64,000 nt of DNA, taken from assembly GCA_937996535.1 (NCBI GenBank), contig CALKVF010000077.1, positions 1,352 through 65,351 of the forward strand, written 5' to 3'. The position numbers and the translations under genes are program-made. Positions within the stretch are counted from its first letter, which is position 1. Every line of letters begins with the position of its first letter. The stretch is from an uncultured Novosphingobium sp. (GTDB lineage Bacteria > Pseudomonadota > Alphaproteobacteria > Sphingomonadales > Sphingomonadaceae). Positions 63,360 to 64,000 of the stretch are shown here, one piece after another. The notes under the pieces were generated by a model that made no database searches, was not told where the DNA came from, and saw only the letters and a program-made list of their open reading frames with translations.

Positions 63360-64000
63360 CGCACTGCCTCCGCAGCAACCCGAGCGCATTCGATAGGCCG
63401 GTCGGCAGCCGTGCGCATCGCCTCGCCAATCAGCAGCAGCGCGGGGCCGGATCCCAGCCCGGCCTGCGCCGCCAGCGGCAGCAGATCGAGCCGGGTCGCA
63501 ATGTGGCGCTCGTCCGGCAGGCTGGCGTTTTCGACCAGCGTGACCGGCGTGGACGCGGGCAGCCCCGCCGCGCGCAGATTGCGTGAAACTTCGGCAGCGG
63601 CAGCCTTGCCCATGTAGATCGCCAGGGTAGCGTCCGGGTCGGCCAGGGCCGCCCAATCGAGATCAAGGGGTTCGCCTGCCCGGGCGTGGGCGGTCACCAG
63701 CACCAGCTTGCGCGCCAGACCGCGCAGGGTGAGCGAGCGCCCCAGGCCGGCGGCAGCGGCGCTGGCGGCCGTCACCCCGGGGCAAATCGCCACGTCGACG
63801 CCCGCCGCCCGGCAGGCATCGAGTTCCTCGGTCGCGCGGCCAAAAATCGCCGGATCGCCGCCCTTGAGCCGCACCACCCGCTCACCCGCCAGCGCCGCCG
63901 CCACGATCAGCCGGTCGATGCTGGCCTGATCCTTGGAATGCCGCCCCGACCGCTTGCCCACGTGAACCAGCCGGGTTGCCGGCAAGGCAAGGCCGAGCAC
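63356..64000 (-). CDS. cobA: Uroporphyrinogen-III C-methyltransferase (5'-truncated by the window)
   Basis: HVGKRSG, VVRLKGGDPAIFGRATEE, CPGVTAA, SLTLRG, TLAIYMG. Confidence 0.93.
   Translation of the reverse strand: MLGLALPATRLVHVGKRSGRHSKDQASIDRLIVAAALAGERVVRLKGGDPAIFGRATEELDACRAAGVDVAICPGVTAASAAAAGLGRSLTLRGLARKLVLVTAHARAGEPLDLDWAALADPDATLAIYMGKAAAAEVSRNLRAAGLPASTPVTLVENASLPDERHIATRLDLLPLAAQAGLGSGPALLLIGEAMRTAADRPIECARVAAEAVR

Noticed and set aside
1-64000. IS elements, integrases, prophage genes, tRNA or rRNA
   Set aside because: No transposase, integrase or phage motifs and no tRNA cloverleaf or rRNA signatures recognised by eye

Overview
High-GC alphaproteobacterial DNA. Gene content and style suggest a sphingomonad such as Novosphingobium (inference). 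Layout: (1) 1-1082, end of a cysNC-DUF2061-cysQ sulfate-activation operon. (2) About 1.1-19.7 kb, a catabolic island for an unknown hydrophobic substrate: TonB receptor, P450, two HsaA-type flavin monooxygenases, two CoA ligases, two CaiB CoA-transferases, two VOC proteins, HMG-CoA-lyase-like enzyme, alpha/beta hydrolase, two MarR and a TetR. Most of its intergenic regions share a GTCAA-N5-TTGAC palindrome. (3) TetR plus a tripartite EmrAB/OMF pump, beta-oxidation genes, two secreted hypothetical proteins, a suhB/MmgR-like sRNA and YdcH. (4) A sigma54/NtrC-type promoter driving a TorF-like porin upstream of modABC. (5) A LacI-controlled starch/maltodextrin locus with an embedded tryptophan-halogenase-family gene. 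(6) MerR/OYE and Crp/sterol-desaturase pairs. (7) The most striking module, 49.7-61.6 kb: a two-component system divergent from a giant (~2,350 aa) repeat autotransporter, followed by a TPR-sulfotransferase. The autotransporter gene is frameshifted at a G7 tract just after the signal peptide. This is a candidate phase-variable adhesin with a dedicated sulfation enzyme. (8) SMP-30/TetR pair, a tiny CPxCG zinc-ribbon ORF and the 3' part of cobA. No tRNA, rRNA, CRISPR array or transposase was recognised. All calls are by eye from motifs; no database searches were run.
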